This document shows, piece after piece, positions 9,561 through 31,411 of a DNA stretch of 64,000 nucleotides; the stretch's first letter is position 1; each line of letters starts with the position of its first letter. Source of the stretch: Raillietiella orientalis. Its lineage: Eukaryota. Made by a program: the position numbers and the translations under genes. Under the pieces are notes generated by a model. It ran no database searches. It was given only the letters and a program-made list of their open reading frames with translations, and was not told the origin of the DNA. The stretch is taken from positions 992,001 through 1,056,000 of the forward strand of contig JAYWIR010000047.1 of assembly GCA_036172245.1 (NCBI GenBank), in the 5' to 3' direction.

Positions 9561-12500
9561 AAGACTACAGACATGGAATAAGCTTATTAAATGCAAAGTT
9601 TCATTTTGCAAGACGTCATCCACGCAAAACCGTTTCAGCTCCATCGGACTGTGGCCACCGCCGATTTTTTTTCCTGCCTCACTGGAACCAAAAGCAGCAA
9701 TATCCAAGAAAGGACAGAGTACAATTTTGCAATCCATATCATGCGCACCTCCTCCCCGGGAAATCTTGAATGCATCTGGTGGTTGCTAAGAACGAAAGAA
9801 AGCTTTCATCCCACTTCTCATAGCTTCTTCGCCCTAGATTTTAGCACGGAGAAGTGCCAACGAAGTATCCTGCTCTTTCATCGAAATAGCTGGGGTTTCG
9901 TGAAAGCGGCTCAGTGCAGCACTAAGCCCCTTTACCGGACCTTCTTTTCCCGCTAAAACAGCTGTCGAAGTCGTTGTGTTCACATATGTGTATTGCAATG
10001 CCATTCGAGAACTCCAGTATTCCCAATAATTCCTTTTAACATCCTTTAATTACCATTTAGTTGTACAAGCAATAAGAGATGACAACGAGAACACCATAAA
10101 GAAAATACAAGGAACCCATTCAACGTTCTTCGCACCATGGAATTGATGCTCATCTATGCCATTCCCTATGAAGTTATCTGTTCACCACTGCCTCCGAAAG
10201 ATGAGTCTGCGGATGTAAATCTCTGTAAATACGATTCAAACTAACAGACCCCAGGTGCAGGCCAGGAAGACAACTGCATGCGCTGAGCATAGAGGTCTCG
10301 TCGACTGGCATCCATAACACCAATGGCAGGCATCATTAATGCCATGGGCTGTTGACCGCTTTGCTCCCAGTTTATGCTGCAGTTTCCAACAAGCTATAAT
10401 GACGACTCACAGCAAACCCCACGTTCCGTGGTGCTGCCAATGCGCAACCACATTTGTTCATTGGCCTCAATGCTCTGGCAGGGGCATGAAGATGCGGGAC
10501 ATTTTCTTAAATCAGCAACCTTGCTCGTTCTTGCACTTGGTCCTGCAGCTTTCTTGGAGAGAGTATCTCAGTTGGCTTCTTCCAATGGAGGTACCAAGTA
10601 AAAGCAGAGGTGTTGTTGAAGAGCCGTCAGAAAAGAAATGAGCACACTGAACCACAAGTTCGCACGTGTCATTTATTGGTGCGCAGTGGGTCGAAGAGGA
10701 GAACAAAACGTCCAGTGGAGTGCAGAGAGTCAGAATGAATCAACGAAAATCGATGAAGAGAGCTCCGGTTTTCCTAATGTATCTTAACACCATAACCAAA
10801 CAAATGATTAAATGAATCCATAATTGTGCATATCTTACGTTTCCTCTCACAGCATCTGAGTGTTTGCCTTCCGCTTCCGCGTCCTGCATTTCTTTAGTTT
10901 TTTGCGCTGAAGCGCCCCGATCCACTTGAATCCTTGTGATACGTAGAAATCTTGAACATTATGGCAAACGAAGTACGCATTTTCAAGAAGGTATGCTGCC
11001 AATGAACCTGATTGAAATAATTAAGATGACAAAATACCAAGCATTTTTTTTTTTTCCTTATATATCTTCAGAAAAAGACATTTCACCTGCATGCTTTACA
11101 TTGCCAGCCTTTCTGCTTTTTATTCCCGGAAACGCTCAGCTGTGAGCGAACGAAAGGGAGTCTGAAATTCAGTCATCAACTTGTGATGAGAGATTTTCTT
11201 CCGGAAAGGATCCGGAAAATGCAAGGGTGGGAAAGAATCCGTCCTCGTAAGGACACATCCAGAGCTCGTTGATTTAGTGATTGGTATTTACACGTTTTTC
11301 TCCTTTCTTTTCCTTGCAATGCCAAAGCAAAAACACAGTGCATCACAGTGCTACTGTTTTTGAAACTTATTAGGTATCTCCTGTGATAACAAAAACAAAA
11401 ATTCCTCATAACGTTCTTCGAAACCAGGATACATGCGGACCACTTGAGGGATAGGCAGTGCAGATGATCAAGACTTAAGGGTTCGAGATTTGCTGGACCA
11501 GAGTGCGTACGAAATGCTATCCCAACAAGATATCCTGGTTTTATTTTAGTTGCTACCCGTGCACCGATCTAACTTCGCCCATAACTAGGCATACATCTTA
11601 ATTGAGAATACCTCCATTTTAGATGGCATCAAACACGAAACAAATAATCTCTGCATTTTTGCTTTTAATGCATCGCGGCTTTCCGAGGTTCATTATCTCT
11701 GAAATCTGTTGAGAGCTGAGTTCAGAACTTTCCTGAAAAATTCTCGATTCATCAGCAAATATATTAAAGGGACTACCTCTACAAGCATTGTATTATTGTA
11801 TTATAGGCACTCAAGAGACTCCGGGATGGCGGAAAATAGGGAGGGGGGAGGGATGCGAGGAAGCGTGGACAAGGAGTCCGGGAAGGGGAGGAATGGCAGG
11901 GACGAGCTGCGGGTCTACAGTCTCTTCCCGTTTCCCCTCTTGAATTCGATCCCCGGGTTACCTCTTTTCAGAGTGGATGCAGAAGAGGCAGACAGCCGTC
12001 GCCTCGGCAAGGGGAAACCCCCCAAAATAACACAAGTCAAATATGACCTCACCCAAAAAATTGAACAACATATTATCCAGTCTAAGGGAAGGGGGAGATA
12101 TGGGAACCGCAAATTCGAGGGAGAGTGGTGGTGGGGAACTGGTGAATGACTGCATAGAGACGACGGACACTGCATCTCTTAACGAGTTCCCGATCTCTAT
12201 GCAGTCTAAAGTTGGAAGTCATGTTGCCCTCTCAGCAGGGTAGCAAGCCATCGATCAAACAAGAAGAGAGCTTATAAAAAAAAATCGTTACTTCATCTGC
12301 TAGTACTACTATGCTGGATTTGGAACACAGGGAGCTCTTTCTTTTGGGATAAATAAAAAATTCATGAAATTTACGTGACGATTTCGTTTACGTGACCCCC
12401 ACATAAAATATAATGAGCACAAAGAGAGTTTTTTGTTTTGAAAAGTTGTTTCTAGAGATCCTTGGCTAGGAATTTGTAGATGGAAGGACAGAAGGAGTAC

Positions 12501-13574
12501 ATCAAAAGTCATTTTCTCATGTGTGTCGGTCTGTGTTTGACACAAGCATTTTATTAAGGATTACTAATATATGATTGTGTTGGCGATTTTTGTTCTTCCA
12601 CAAAAACTCGAATACTGTGTGAAGAAAGGAATAGAAAATGAAATTTGTTCATGCCTAGATAGTTTCCAACAACCAAATTATTTTAATCATATGCACTTTT
12701 GTAGTATGGTATTCTCACTGTTCAACATTAAAAGTCTGTTTTCGTTACACTGTTTTTTTTTTATTTGATTACACCTCAAATTTGTAAAGATTGTTGAATT
12801 TCTGTCAAGTGCAAAGGTACGATCTTGCGCACATTTCTCTACCCATCCATCTCCCCCCCTTCCATCCCCCCCTTCCGGACCCTAAAACTTCCTAATATGA
12901 CGTCGTGGTAACACTTGTCAAAAGAAAAAAAAAAAAACGGAACACACTCCAGAAATTGGTTGTGGACCTTCATCGGCAAAGAATAATGAATTATTTCATT
13001 GCCTTAAAACAGAAACTTTCGTTGAGAAGAAAATGGAAGTGGAACAAGTTGTACAGAATCGTAATAAAAACTGGCATTTAATACTCTCATTAAGAAAGAG
13101 CTTCCAGCTTGCGTTACAAAAATGTTGATTAACACTGAAGATCAGGACAATACATAGCGTTTTTTTTTCTTTAAAAAAAGAACATTGTGTATATTGCTAA
13201 CAAAACATGAACACGAACTGCAACAAACAAACCTAAGGAGACAAACGAGTCCTTCCATTAGTAGAGGAGCGGAAACGATCCCGAGAAAACGGTTACATCT
13301 TGTGGCTTATCCAATTATGTAGTAGGTATCAAACAGACCAAGTAGTGATTATTCAGTAAAATATGCATTGCACGAGATTTAGCACTTACTTTTTCCTGTC
13401 CCCTTCGCGGGCTCCATCGGAGGCGGCGGCGGCGGCGCCCTGGCTGCTGGCGCGCAGCCCGCAAAAGAGCCGATGGAACTGCGGGCAGGCGAGGGTTTGC
13501 GGCAACACTGAGGCCCAATCCAGCCAGGGGGCCGCCTCCGGATCGAGTGAGTTTCTCCAACAGCTGAGCACGAA

Positions 13575-15728
13575 ATGGTGATCAGGACCTTCGAGGAGGA
13601 AAAGAAATACCTGGAAAAAGTAGATAAACATCGTTGGCGAATTAAGAAAGGCTTCCAGCCAAACATGCTGGTAAGCCTATGGAGAATCACAGCATTTGCA
13701 CCGATCCTTTCGTTTAGGTCGAAGGCTATTTCTATGTCAATTCCAAATTGGAACAGCTAATGTTTGGTGAACTGCAAGCTGCTTGCTCATCTGGTATGGT
13801 TGGAGGCTTTCTACCCGCCATGAAGCAAATAGCAAATGTAGCATCTTTACCTGGTATTGTGTCCCATTCCATTGGACTTCCGGATGTTCATTCAGGATAT
13901 GGATTTGCCATCGGTAAGAAATTACTAATTTTGTTTTGCTCCTGATGTTTTATGCCGACAAATCGGTGGCAGAACCTTGCTCAAATAGTAATTTGAATAT
14001 CTGTCTCAAAAAGGCAACATGGCAGCTTTTGATATGGATGATCCAAAAGCGATTGTTTCTCCTGGAGGTGTTGGTTTTGATATAAATTGTGGGGTCCGGC
14101 TTCTGAGAACAAATTTGCTTGAAAAAGATGTCCTTCCTGTAAAGGTAGAAGCAAAAATAAGTGAAATGGAAGTTTGCATGGCATCTGTCTTCTCCTTCTT
14201 CAGGAGCAGCTGGCACAAAAGTTATATGATCACATTCCTGTTGGTGTGGGATCAAAAGGTATAATTCCGATGAATGCAGAAGACCTAGAAGAAGCTTTGG
14301 AAATGGGAATGGATTGGTCTCTTCGAGAAGGTAACCTGTAGATATGTTGCACAGTTAAGAACTACGATTATTTGTATATTAAATAATCTTATTAAATTAA
14401 ATTTATCATCAACATATATAACATGGTTTTACTTAGGCTACATGTGGGCTGAGGATAAAGAACACTGTGAAGAATATGGAAGAATGTTGAATGCAGACCC
14501 TTCTCTTGTTAGCACACGTGCAAAAAGACGTGGTTTGCCTCAGGTATTGATGCTATTGTCTTGATTCTCTCCACAAGCTTGAATACTGTGAGTGAAGATA
14601 GCAGAGATGTGCAGTTATTTTTATTAAGATTTAGTTTCCCCAAATCAGAGCTACATTAATGTTACACCAAGCAAAAACAAGCATTTTTTCTTTTTTCTGG
14701 CTTCTGAGAAACATTGTTTTTGTAGTTGGGAACTCTGGGAGCAGGGAACCATTATGCTGAAATCCAAATAGTAGACCAAATTTATGATAAATGGTGTGCT
14801 GGTAAAATGGGCATTGAACAAGTTGGACAAGTGTGTATAATGATACACAGTGGGTCCAGAGGAATGGGGCATCAAGTAGCTACTGGTATGTTATGCTGGC
14901 AAACACTACTTAAAACGTACTTTGTGCTGTAGATGCACTTACTCAAATGGAAAAAGCAATGAATAGAGATAAAATTGAGACCAACGATCGCCAGCTAGCC
15001 TGTGCACGCATCAAGTCGTTGGAAGGACAGAATTATCTTAAAGCTATGTCAGCTGCAGCAAATTTTGCATGGGTTAACCGATCATCTATGACATTTCTTA
15101 CAAGACAAGCGTTTTCAAAGCAGTTCAGCATGTCTCCAGATGATTTGGATATGCATGTGATTTATGATGTATCCCACAATATTGCCAAAATGGAAGAACA
15201 TCTTGTTGATGGGAAAAAAAAATTCCTATTGGTTCATCGCAAAGTGAGAAGTTACCTTTCCAGTATTTCTAAAAACCATTTAAGGGATCAACACGAGCAT
15301 TCCCTCCTCATCATCCTCTTATACCTGTGGATTACCAGATGACTGGACAACCAGTTCTTATTGGAGGTACAATGGGAACTTGTAGTTATGTGCTCACGGG
15401 TACAGAAAAAGGAATGCAGACCACTTTTGGTACCACTTGTCATGGAGCTGTATGTATAACTGTTATTTTAGGGAATGAGAATTATTTCATTCTTTTTTAG
15501 GGTAGAGCATTATCTCGGGCCAAATCAAGGAGAAACTTGGATTACTTAAAAGTCTTAAGAGACTTAAAAGATAAAAATATCTCAATTAGAATCGCCTCGC
15601 CAAAACTTGTGATGGAAGAAGCTCCAGAGTCTTATAAAAATGTGGATGATGTTGTTAATACTTGCCATGATGTGGGAATCAGCAAAAAATGCATTAAATT
15701 AAGACCTGTTGCAGTAATAAAAGGATAG
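13575..15728 (+). CDS. RTCB: RNA-splicing ligase RtcB (tRNA ligase catalytic subunit), 9 exons
   Basis: Exons 13575-13670, 13718-13913, 14014-14144, 14204-14330, 14437-14543, 14726-14885, 14933-15243, 15285-15449, 15501-15728; all GT-AG and frame-consistent. Motifs [62 protein letters not shown], end RPVAVIKG*. Confidence 0.97.
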
Positions 15729-16019
15729 CAAATCAAGATGACTATTTTTATTTTTATTTTTTTCCAGCTTGCAATGGGTTCAATGACAAAGCATTTGAAA
15801 TGCTGATCAGAATTTGAATTTTGAAAAATCCTGTACCTCATTTGTAATGCTTTCCAACTATTCTCAGCATGATCACAAAAAAGTGTTGTTGCTCGCTTTA
15901 GTGAGTCCTTGGCATTAACAAGTGCTTTTTTTTTTTTTTTTGATAAGAACAGATTTTGCTTCAAGCAAAAACAATGTACATCATCTTCAAAGTGCTGCCT
16001 ATCCATAGCCTCCTCCTGT

Positions 16020-17500
16020 AGGTATCACGGGACGCCCAGTTCTCGTAGGAACTCCATCATTTCTCGGATCCCAGGTTTCCAGAGCTCCAACGGTGAATGC
16101 ATGGATCTTAGTTTGCACGCCTCTCCGGGAAATTTGTAAGGCAACATCCTGATCTTTCTCTTCCCTTTCTTTTCTGGTAGTCTCAATGTCTCCTTCCCAT
16201 TCTCAAACAGGCAGGCAACATCCAACACCACTATCATGTTGCCCTTCTTCATCTGGCCGCAGAGCACAATCCACGTTCGGGACCACTTATTTGCTGATAC
16301 CAGCGTCCATCCTGTTATGATTGTTGCAGCAGACCACAATCTTTCAACGGGGTGGCATCATGCCTAGCTGTGTACAAGGGTGAGTACCTCATGCAGTGAA
16401 TTAATATATAAGACTGTGTCCCATCCCATGCAACACAGTTTCACCACGAGCGATCTGCATGAGCCAACACATCATCGAAGTGCTCTCTCATCTCTCGCGG
16501 AATAGGTTCTGTATCCACGATCAATAGGATTGAACTCAATGGACAACCCTGTTTCAATCCTGCCTGCAGGAAAAGTGCTCTTGTCATTTGTCTCTCCGGT
16601 TCTATGGTTTCTGCACTATCCTCAGAAGGGTCCACCGACTCCTGCTTGTTTCCGTGTTTCTGGCACCATACTGGCATCATACATATGGTAGCAGATTCGT
16701 TGGCAAAGTCAATAAAGCATCTTGACCCAGCACCTCGACTAAGAGTAGGAAATCCTTCTGCTGAGGGCTAATCACCCCGATTTCAAGAATCCACTCCTTG
16801 AATCTTCTAGACAGGCACTTGGTGTACACTGCTGCTTACTGAAATTGGCCTCCACTCAGAAATATCCATGGTTGCCGCCGAAGCCTTTGGAAGTAGAATA
16901 GTTCGTATACGCTTCCAATCTAATAGGATTCGTTGTGTCTTCATTAATATATTAAAGATGAGTGTCAACAACATCGCTTCCGAATCCACCACTCTTCAGC
17001 AGGAGCAGGTGACCCTGTCAACGCCTGGGGAGAATTTTCTGCACTACTCATAAAAATGGCAACCTCTTCCAAAGAAAATGGGAATTGTTTCAAGAGGCGA
17101 TATGTGGGAAAATATCCCCAAAAGTACTTTCTGGCATATTCGCTTTTCCCACGAGTTTGAGTTGCTCGTAAAAATGCCTCTCGACCACACTGGGGGAGGA
17201 CAGATGTTGCATCTGCTCCCCTCCTGACCCATGATCACTCTCATGGCCCTCAATCGATTCATCCAGTACAAGTTATGAGATAATAAATGGTTTCCAAACG
17301 CCATCCCACATTCTGCCCTATTACACCTATATTGAAGTGGCACCTCTGCTACAGGAGAAGGAGGAATACTTTGGGCTAAGTGGAGTTGCAAGCATTCATG
17401 ATCAGAAGGATGACTATGATGATAGGAGACGTCAGAAGGACGTCTCCTAACATCAGGGTTAGATTTGCTTGTCCAGAACTAGTAATGAGAGGAGCTCCAG
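16020..17500 (-). mobile_element. Degenerate R2/NeSL-like non-LTR retrotransposon RT fragment
   Basis: Minus-strand SPGVD..., LTLIFNI...WKRIRTILLPK...EWRPISV, ISPQQKDF, GLKQGCPLSSIL, VLAHAD, YKFPG in canonical RT order with stops and frameshifts. Clade is inferred from motif style. Confidence 0.75.
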
Positions 17501-18049
17501 ATCTTGCAAAGATGCGCTCCGCATGTTGATAGAGAGTAAACGCGCACAAGATGCCGAAGATCTCTGCCACGCAAGAGAACATTGTTCTAGAAAGGATGCA
17601 AGCAGCGGTGGAAGGATGGTTTCAGCCACTGGAGGACCGAGGTAGTGCGACTGCAGCGAGCGAAGAGGAGTGCTTGGGCTCTTGCTTGCTTCTCTTCCCA
17701 GAAAGGCAAGACTATATCAGATAAAGATACCAGATTTGTCAAAAAGACATCCTCTGCTGGCGCGAGAGGGAAGGAACCTTAGGTCTCCTCTGTCGACTTT
17801 AGTCCTGCTGGCTGAATGAGCTGTCTGACGAAATGGGCGCGAAATTCTGGGGACAACCATCTGAAGGTTGACTAGCTAGGAGAAATCATTAATCTTCCGA
17901 ATCATTATTACGTAGTGTTTTCCTCCGTGAAACTAGCTGCGAGGGTGATTTCTATCACCAGAACGAATAACCGTAATCGGCAGAGTAAATATGTAGGGTA
18001 CGGATTGTGTCAGGATGCAGCAACCAACCCAGTTCTTCGACAACTTTGA

Positions 18050-18950
18050 AGAACTTCGGAAAGGTGACGACTATGTATTCTTTATCTTGACGGGTTCAAG
18101 TGGAATCAAAGGATAAGAAATGTTGAGCACTTACCGATATTTACATGAGTTCTCTAAGTGGAGTCACCAACGGAAAACAATTCTATAGAAAATTTGCAAG
18201 ACGTATGACCTCGAACAACTGGAACGATAGCAGTCAGTCGTTCTTCCATTGGGGAGGGGGGGGGGGCATGTGGCAATTGTTTTGACGATTTCCTCATAGA
18301 AGGAGAAATGAACGGCATAATAGCACTGTCTATTATGAAACCTATTGACATGCGTTTGCATGGAGTGATGTTCTTTCCGAAACAGAAAGACTTAAGCAAA
18401 AGACGGAAAAAATATAATGAAGATCATCAACTGACGAAATCTATTGAAACATCTAGGAGTGCTTTGTTTAGTATCACGGTAACCGTCACAACGGCAGCAG
18501 TGTACTATATCGTTTTCAGGGAACTATCCACTGAAATAAGTGAAATAAGAACAAAATAACAAAGGATAATGAAGGATTAGCTGACTAGAGAAAGGATTCC
18601 AGATAGTATATTTCTAAGAGATACACGAAGCGGACTGCAGCACAATATCGAGAAATAATTGGAAATCGATTTTATATGACGTTCTTGATGACTGCATAAA
18701 GGGGGAAAAAGTAGCTTTGTGAGTTCTCACGGCTGCATGAGATTTGAATTTCATTATCCCGACTGATACTCAGCAAGCATGTAACTGATCTCCGGAATAG
18801 GAAAGGAACAACAGGGTGGTCTTTCACTGCGGTCAGCTCTCGGATCTTGGAGCTTCTCAAAGGTTCGATAATTTCCCAGAAAAGGTTTAACTGGTTCCCG
18901 GTCCGAGCTTCAAGATGCTCGAACTGAAATGAAAAGCTTCCCGTTCAGAA
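18050..18950 (+). mobile_element. Highly degenerate RTE-like RT fragment
   Basis: GSSGIKG*EML, VVLPLGRGG..CGNC, NGIIALSIMKP..RL...KQKD, EDH..K.IE, YIVFRELS, RIPD resemble RT subdomains 0-3. Confidence 0.45.
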
Positions 18951-20124
18951 GATCGTTCGTGGGCAATCGAGGATATGGGTATTTTATGCTGGCATATACT
19001 ATCGAGTACATAGATGCATGAAGATCGTGAGTCCCGCTAGTCAAATCAAGAGCTAAGAGCTTCAATATGAAGCTCTCCATGAAAACAACAACCTAAGCGC
19101 AGCTGTAGCTTTTTTTTAATGGTTAATGTGATGAATGGACAAAGTTCGAGGATGAGGAAGGAGGACTTGGAAACGAGAACTTTGAACTAATCCTGGAGAC
19201 TAATCGGTATGAGCCATTTCAGTAGCTTGGCCTCAAAAGGGGTTTCTTCAGATGATGACAAAATACATTTCAATTGGAATTTGGGAAGCTACTTAAATTG
19301 ACTAATACATTATTAATATAATATAGTAGATGGCAATTGGAAATAATTAAGAAATGAACTATGTATAGACATTTTGCTGTGATATCGTGTGCTAATAAAA
19401 AATAGGTGCACAAGTCACACAAATACGTATGAGTTTTTCATGATAGGCAGAATTCAACGATTAAGCAGATTTAGTAAGCTATTTACTCATATTGTGCTGT
19501 GAAAGGCCTTCGCAAATATTAAGCAGAGTTTGACATTCTGGTAGCAATCCGTGTTCCATGCAACTCCAGCAATACCAGTCCTAATACCCAACGCTGAATC
19601 TACGTATACATACCTGAAAATACTATTTCTGTTTGAGAAATATGCTTCAAATTTGATGCATACGTCTCTTTAATATGACGATATTGCGATCTCTTTCTCT
19701 GGTTATGATACAGGCATTTGTGATCGTCAGTCAAGGTGAAAACACTCTCGGAAGCACTTTTTCCGTTTTCCTGTGCACATTGGCAATCACCAATCGCATA
19801 TTGAACCCCAGAATGATAAACATTGGGAATATTTTATTCAAGAAAACGTTCACAAAACCGATAAAAGAAATTATGACGCATTTATTCGGTGCGAGTCTTC
19901 TTTTACTTTCTTCACGAAACTTCTTGTTGCAGCTGTGTTTTCCTGAATAAAAGAATTCGTTGCATTTTGCAACATTTTAAACATTTCTTCTTCTTCTGAA
20001 TCCTTTCAAGAGATACGACGATAACCCGCGGCTGCTTCAGCAATGATTTCAATTAGAAGGCGACACGGTACACCAGGTTAAAATGCAAGAGATACTTGGT
20101 TGAGGAGAGCAGGGGGAGGGGGGG

Positions 20125-20125
<1 letters not shown>

Positions 20126-20170
<45 letters not shown>
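20126..20170. repeat. (CA)n microsatellite
   Basis: Direct reading; a poly-T run also lies at 20841-20873. Confidence 0.95.
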
Positions 20171-20172
<2 letters not shown>

Positions 20173-20839
20173 GGAGCATATCGGAGATGGGATTGTTTTC
20201 CACACAGATAACACGTGCCATAATCACAAACAGCAATCCGATTCAATGGCCGCTATCGTAATACATACTTTTAACCGACTTGCACTTCATGGCAACTCCA
20301 AAGTGACTTCCTCCTACAGTCAAACGTAGGAGGAAGTCCCCCGTATTTGAATCACTCTGGCCAGACGAGATGGTCCCCTCGTTTGGCTGGAGCAGTTGTT
20401 ATACATCCGACTGCCTTTTGTAACGTGGCAACCGCCTTTCTTTGCAAGTCTTTGCAGTTGCTTTCACTTCAACACAACCGCTTGCCCCCAAGTACCACAC
20501 TGCGAGCCCCATTCACCTGCCCCCCCCCCCCCCCATTTCCCACTGCGGACGAAAATCCCTCCGGCAACTCGCGGTCCAGCGAAAAGACTCGTACAAGGCG
20601 GACCTACGGGTTATCAGGGGCTGCTCGTTGTGGTTTGAAGGTGCACCAAAGGAAAACCTGCAACAGCTACATTACCTACTCTTTGCTATACTTTTACGAC
20701 GTACTCGTCCGTCGCTCCCTCCTTCCTTCCGTTCCTTATTTTTTATCTCACCGCGCTGCTGTTACAATAAATCGAAGATTTCACAAACATTCACGGCCTT
20801 GGCAGGGGCAGTTTTTACCACACGGTTTGTTTGTTCGTT

Positions 20840-20876
<37 letters not shown>

Positions 20877-22762
20877 ATAAATGTTCCTTCGCTTCTTCGG
20901 CCCGTGTGGCAGCACATCCGTTTCAAAGTTCAGCCGCCGATCATCACGTAACGTCCACGTCAGCTTACCACCGTTGGATGTTTGGAATCGGTGCGACTCC
21001 GAGATTAGCTCCACTTTCCAACGTGTTTTTCGACCCAAATGTGGCCAGATAAGGCCGTCTCTACGTGCCTCCCGAGGCAGTCTGCACAAGGAACAACACC
21101 AGCAGCATTTCCGTTCATGTCCGTTCGGAACCCTTGGCACGCACAGTGGGCTTGCACACAGCATGAGTGGCATGCTTCTACACATGCCTTTTTTTTTTGT
21201 TTTTGTTTTTGTTTTTGTTTTTTTTTTACCCATCCAAAGGTGTCAACACAATGCTCTTCGCATAAAAAATTTATTAAAGATGGGGAGGTGACGCTAGCAC
21301 CACCTTCATTTCCCTGTTATTTCCTTCAAATCTTCTTTACACTCATCCAAGTATGGAAAAACTCATGAAACCAATAAGGATAGTTTGAAATATAAAACGA
21401 ATGCCACATTTCGAGTATTCACAATTTTTTTTTCTTCAAAAAATGAAATACCATTTAACTTTTACTTGTTTAACATGACATACTGTCTATTGCTTATGTA
21501 TGGGCACACCTGATCATAAAATTAATTTATAAACATCTCATTTAGGAAATTGCTTCATTTGAAATAATCTGATGTTAATAACGATGACAACACTCCATGC
21601 CTGCATTTAGATACTGGTCAACCTACCATGACTTTCAATGAGAAGCATATTGAGCCTCAATTAGGTTTTTCATGTTTCTGACAATAAACTCATACGTTTC
21701 TTTAGTTCTCTTCCAGGTTTCCAAATGAAGAACAACGAATAACACTATTGGTTTCTGGTTCAAAAATTTCTTTTTACACTTTTATCCTATGCACATGTTA
21801 ACCAAGTAGTATGGGAGAATTTAATAAAATTTCATTCTTGCACATTTTATGAATGTGTGATGACTTATGCTGACCATAAACTTCAATTCAATTCAATTAA
21901 TACAAATACAGCATATACCAACAGAAACCAACATAAAATGAATATGTGAAACAGTACCAACACAGTAACAAACCTATCTAAAGACCGATCTTCCAAAAAG
22001 AAAACCGGGATCATAAAGATATCCTATGATAACCTGAATATCGAATAATCAATTTTAATGCTTCACCAGATAACATGCCAATTGGCAATCTTTACACTGT
22101 CTGGAACTGAATATACGAAAAAGCAGAATAAAAACAGAAGCACTCAAGGGAACCAAAAAATCCGAAAGCCTGCTGAAAACAATAAAATAATAAAAGGCGA
22201 AAATTACTAGAGCCACAAATGAAGAATTATGCATTTCATGTCTCAAATTCCATTCAACAAAGTAGCAGTCAAGGACAATTTACCATGAAGATGAGCTAGC
22301 TAATATACACAAAGTTGGACAGAAAGGATGAACAGGTCTCTTCAAACTGCTTCACAAATAACACTCAATTTTTAAAGAATGCAAAAGACATAATGACTGC
22401 TGAAATCTATCAATCTAGAAAAGGACTTCTTAGATGAAACTCAAAAACTGAATCTGTGGAACTAAAACGTGGATAGGCAATTTCAATGAAAGCAAACAAT
22501 TATGGAACATAATTTTAGCATCCAGTGTTACAGAAAAAGGAAAAATTCATCACGCAAAACTGTGGATTTGCACATGAATGTTCCACTGTCTGCAAATACT
22601 CTATTTACTTGTTTGTAACACTGCTTATAAATATCATTTTAATGACTAGATTGAAGACTTCTTCAGTTCAATTAAAAATGTAGGAAAAATTCTATTCAAA
22701 AGAGATGGAATAAGAAATGTAGGAATAATCATAAATAAAAAACAAAAGATTCTGAGGTCAGT

Positions 22763-31411
<8,649 letters not shown>

